A stretch of DNA of 63,897 bases, counting the filler, from Collodictyon triciliatum (taxonomy: Eukaryota): the NCBI GenBank assembly GCA_043381765.1. It is 10 parts of 10 records of this genome, joined end to end, with 100 filler letters (N's around TTAATTAATTAA, not from the genome) between each part and the next. Parts side by side here need not be neighbours in the genome. Positions count along the whole stretch, not along the records: positions 57,982 to 63,897 come from JBHJMP010004842.1; 9 more parts are not named here. One strand, 5' to 3'. The position numbers and the translations under genes were made by a program. The notes beneath the pieces are model-generated. The model was not told where the DNA came from and made no database searches. It saw nothing but the letters and a program-made list of their open reading frames with translations. Below are positions 61,857-63,897 of the stretch, piece by piece. Positions within the stretch are counted from its first letter, which is position 1. Each line of letters begins with the position of its first letter.

Positions 61857-62561
61857 AGAGCTTGAAGGATGCCCGACAGCACGCAGCCTCCCACCAAACA
61901 AACATATTGGATGGGCTTTCAGCAAAGGGACTCGGACGCAAAGAAGGCAAGTTTGGGGATTAAGTGGCTCGGTTGGCGGGTGCGATGCGTGGCGATACCG
62001 AGTGTGATTCTCCCTGTCCTGTACTTGCAACAAATGCTATGCTTGAATTCAATTGCAACCGACTCGGCAAAATAAATGATATCAATTGGTGGCGAATAAC
62101 TATTTTATTATTTTTTTTTCTGATTGCTTCAAGGAAGCTTCGTGATATAGAACCAATGTGGGGGGAATAAAAGCGCGGAAGTTGCGACCAGGGACTTCCA
62201 AAACAGAACTATTATGCGAGGATTTCGGACTGATACGAGGCGAGGAGGGACTTTAGGCTATCGTCAAACGTTTCGTTGGTGTGGCGCCTACAGTTATGGC
62301 GTGTTTTCTTTTCTTTGTTTCACAATGATTTCCCGTATGCTTCAAAGCGATTTTTTTTCGGCTTTATCAGTAATATCTGCGGGTAATGTGAAGTTTTGAT
62401 TGGCGGTCACAGCAGAAGAGGACTTCGTGGGGGGATGTACGGCTCAAAGCGGCACCTAAATAATGTCAAAGACACTTTCTCATCATCAAAGCCTCAGAAA
62501 TTGCGCTCGCTTGCAAGGGAAGACATGTCGGCATATATCATTCGGAATTCGAAACGACTAC

Positions 62562-63793
62562 TTACTCGTCCCTCTTCACAATAGTGGATACAAGGTTTCT
62601 CATGTCAGCTATTTGAGAGTCTCCAGTGGTCGCTTGGAGTCTGTCCAAGTATGCGTTGAGGAAATCGTAATATTCGTTCGATCTGTGAGGTGCAGTGTGT
62701 TTGAGTTCCATGGTACAAAAAATGAAAAAAAATGGAAAAATGAAAAAAAATGAAAAAAATGAAAAAAATGAAAAAAAGAGAAAAAGGAGAAAAAGAAATA
62801 GAATTAAGGTAGGGCTCCCAAACAAAATAAGCAGCACATAACATCTAGAGATGAGAGTACTGATTGAGCGAACCCATGGATTTATTTTAAAAATAAGAAT
62901 AATCTCAAAAGGCGTAAAAATAAACCTTCCAAGACCCTTCCAAACGATAGCAAGTTCATGGAAAACAGATATAGAATCCATGTGATTCCCACCCAACACA
63001 ACAATCCGTATCTGCAGTACTTTGTTGAACTCTTTACGTGCCTCCTCGAACCTGCGTTGTCATGAGAATGTTTCTTTACGAAATAGTAAAGACACATGCT
63101 GTTTTTTCATCCTTGATTATTTGATATCGACAGTATGTGAAACTAGGATGAATATCAAACTTTCCACAATCGACCAACAAACAGCCAATCTTAAACCGAA
63201 GGTCAGCCGTTTCGAGGGTTTCACTCCCACCTCTTGTTTTTTTCTCCAGGCATATTTTTAGATATGCCAGAGCAACATCGTTTCTGCGTACGAAATGAGA
63301 GAGATAAAGTTGGTATTAAGATTGATGTGGACTGGAATGGTAAGGCATAGGTAGAACAATGTTTGGTGCAAACCAACCTCAACAGAGAGACGTATAGACT
63401 GGCAATATTCTCATAAATGGATGGTATCAACTCGTGGTCGCCATCATAAGCCGCAATTATTATGTCTGAAAGTTTCTGGTATGTCTTCAGGGAATCGCGG
63501 TATCTGTATTTTTTTTTAAAAAAAAATAATTATAATTAGCTGTTCGTCTGTTTCTGAGAGAAAAGAAAGAAAAAGGCTCGCACGCCATATAATTTGCTCC
63601 TTTATCCCAAATTTAAAATTAACTATTATATGGGTAACTTGTTCGGTGCCAAAGGCATATACTTACGTTCCTGCCTTCATCTGCGTCTGTGCGATTATAT
63701 TCATGATTTCAATCACAGAAGGGTGATGCTGTTCGTGCAACTTGGTGCGGATTGATAGAGACCTCCGTGAGAATTCGATGGCCTCGTCATATC
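62562..63793 (-). CDS. 3' part of a TPR-repeat protein (kinesin light chain/nephrocystin-3-type repeats)
   Basis: RYDEAIEFSRRSLSIRTKLHEQHHPSVIEIMNIIA, DGDHELIPSIYENIASLY, RFEEARKEFNKVLQIRIVVLGGNHMDSISVFHELAIVWKGLG. Confidence 0.85.
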
Positions 63794-63897
63794 TAATATT
63801 GAGATAGCGTGAAAAAAATAAAAATAAAAATAAAAATAAAAATAAAAAAGACAAAAAAGACAAAAAAGACAAAAAAGACAAAAAAGACAAAAAAGAC

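Overview
AT-rich, intron-rich eukaryotic DNA, most likely from a protist. It is not one locus: ten short contigs (mostly ~5.9 kb) are joined by nine identical 100-nt artificial linkers (N44-TTAATTAATTAA-N44), so adjacency across linkers means nothing biologically. Recognisable spliced genes are an alpha/beta-hydrolase 3' end with a CaaX tail, SRRM1, a pepsin-family aspartic protease, IKS1 kinase, a trypsin, SLC35B4/YEA4, a Nup205-like fragment, Mpo1/DUF962, an LRR protein, SART1/Snu66, a dual-specificity phosphatase, a Lines homolog, the last exon of RPN8, a STIL homolog and a TPR protein. Two further genes are orphans. The standout is a frameshifted Fanzor1-like (eukaryotic TnpB-derived, RNA-guided RuvC nuclease) remnant at ~1546-2462 (-). 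It retains all three catalytic acidic residues and is followed by hairpins where an omega-RNA would be expected. There is also a dispersed retroposon 3'-end family (5 copies on 3 contigs), an inverted duplication of that element, and a non-LTR reverse transcriptase fragment. All family assignments come from motif recognition by eye, and exon boundaries are manual and approximate.
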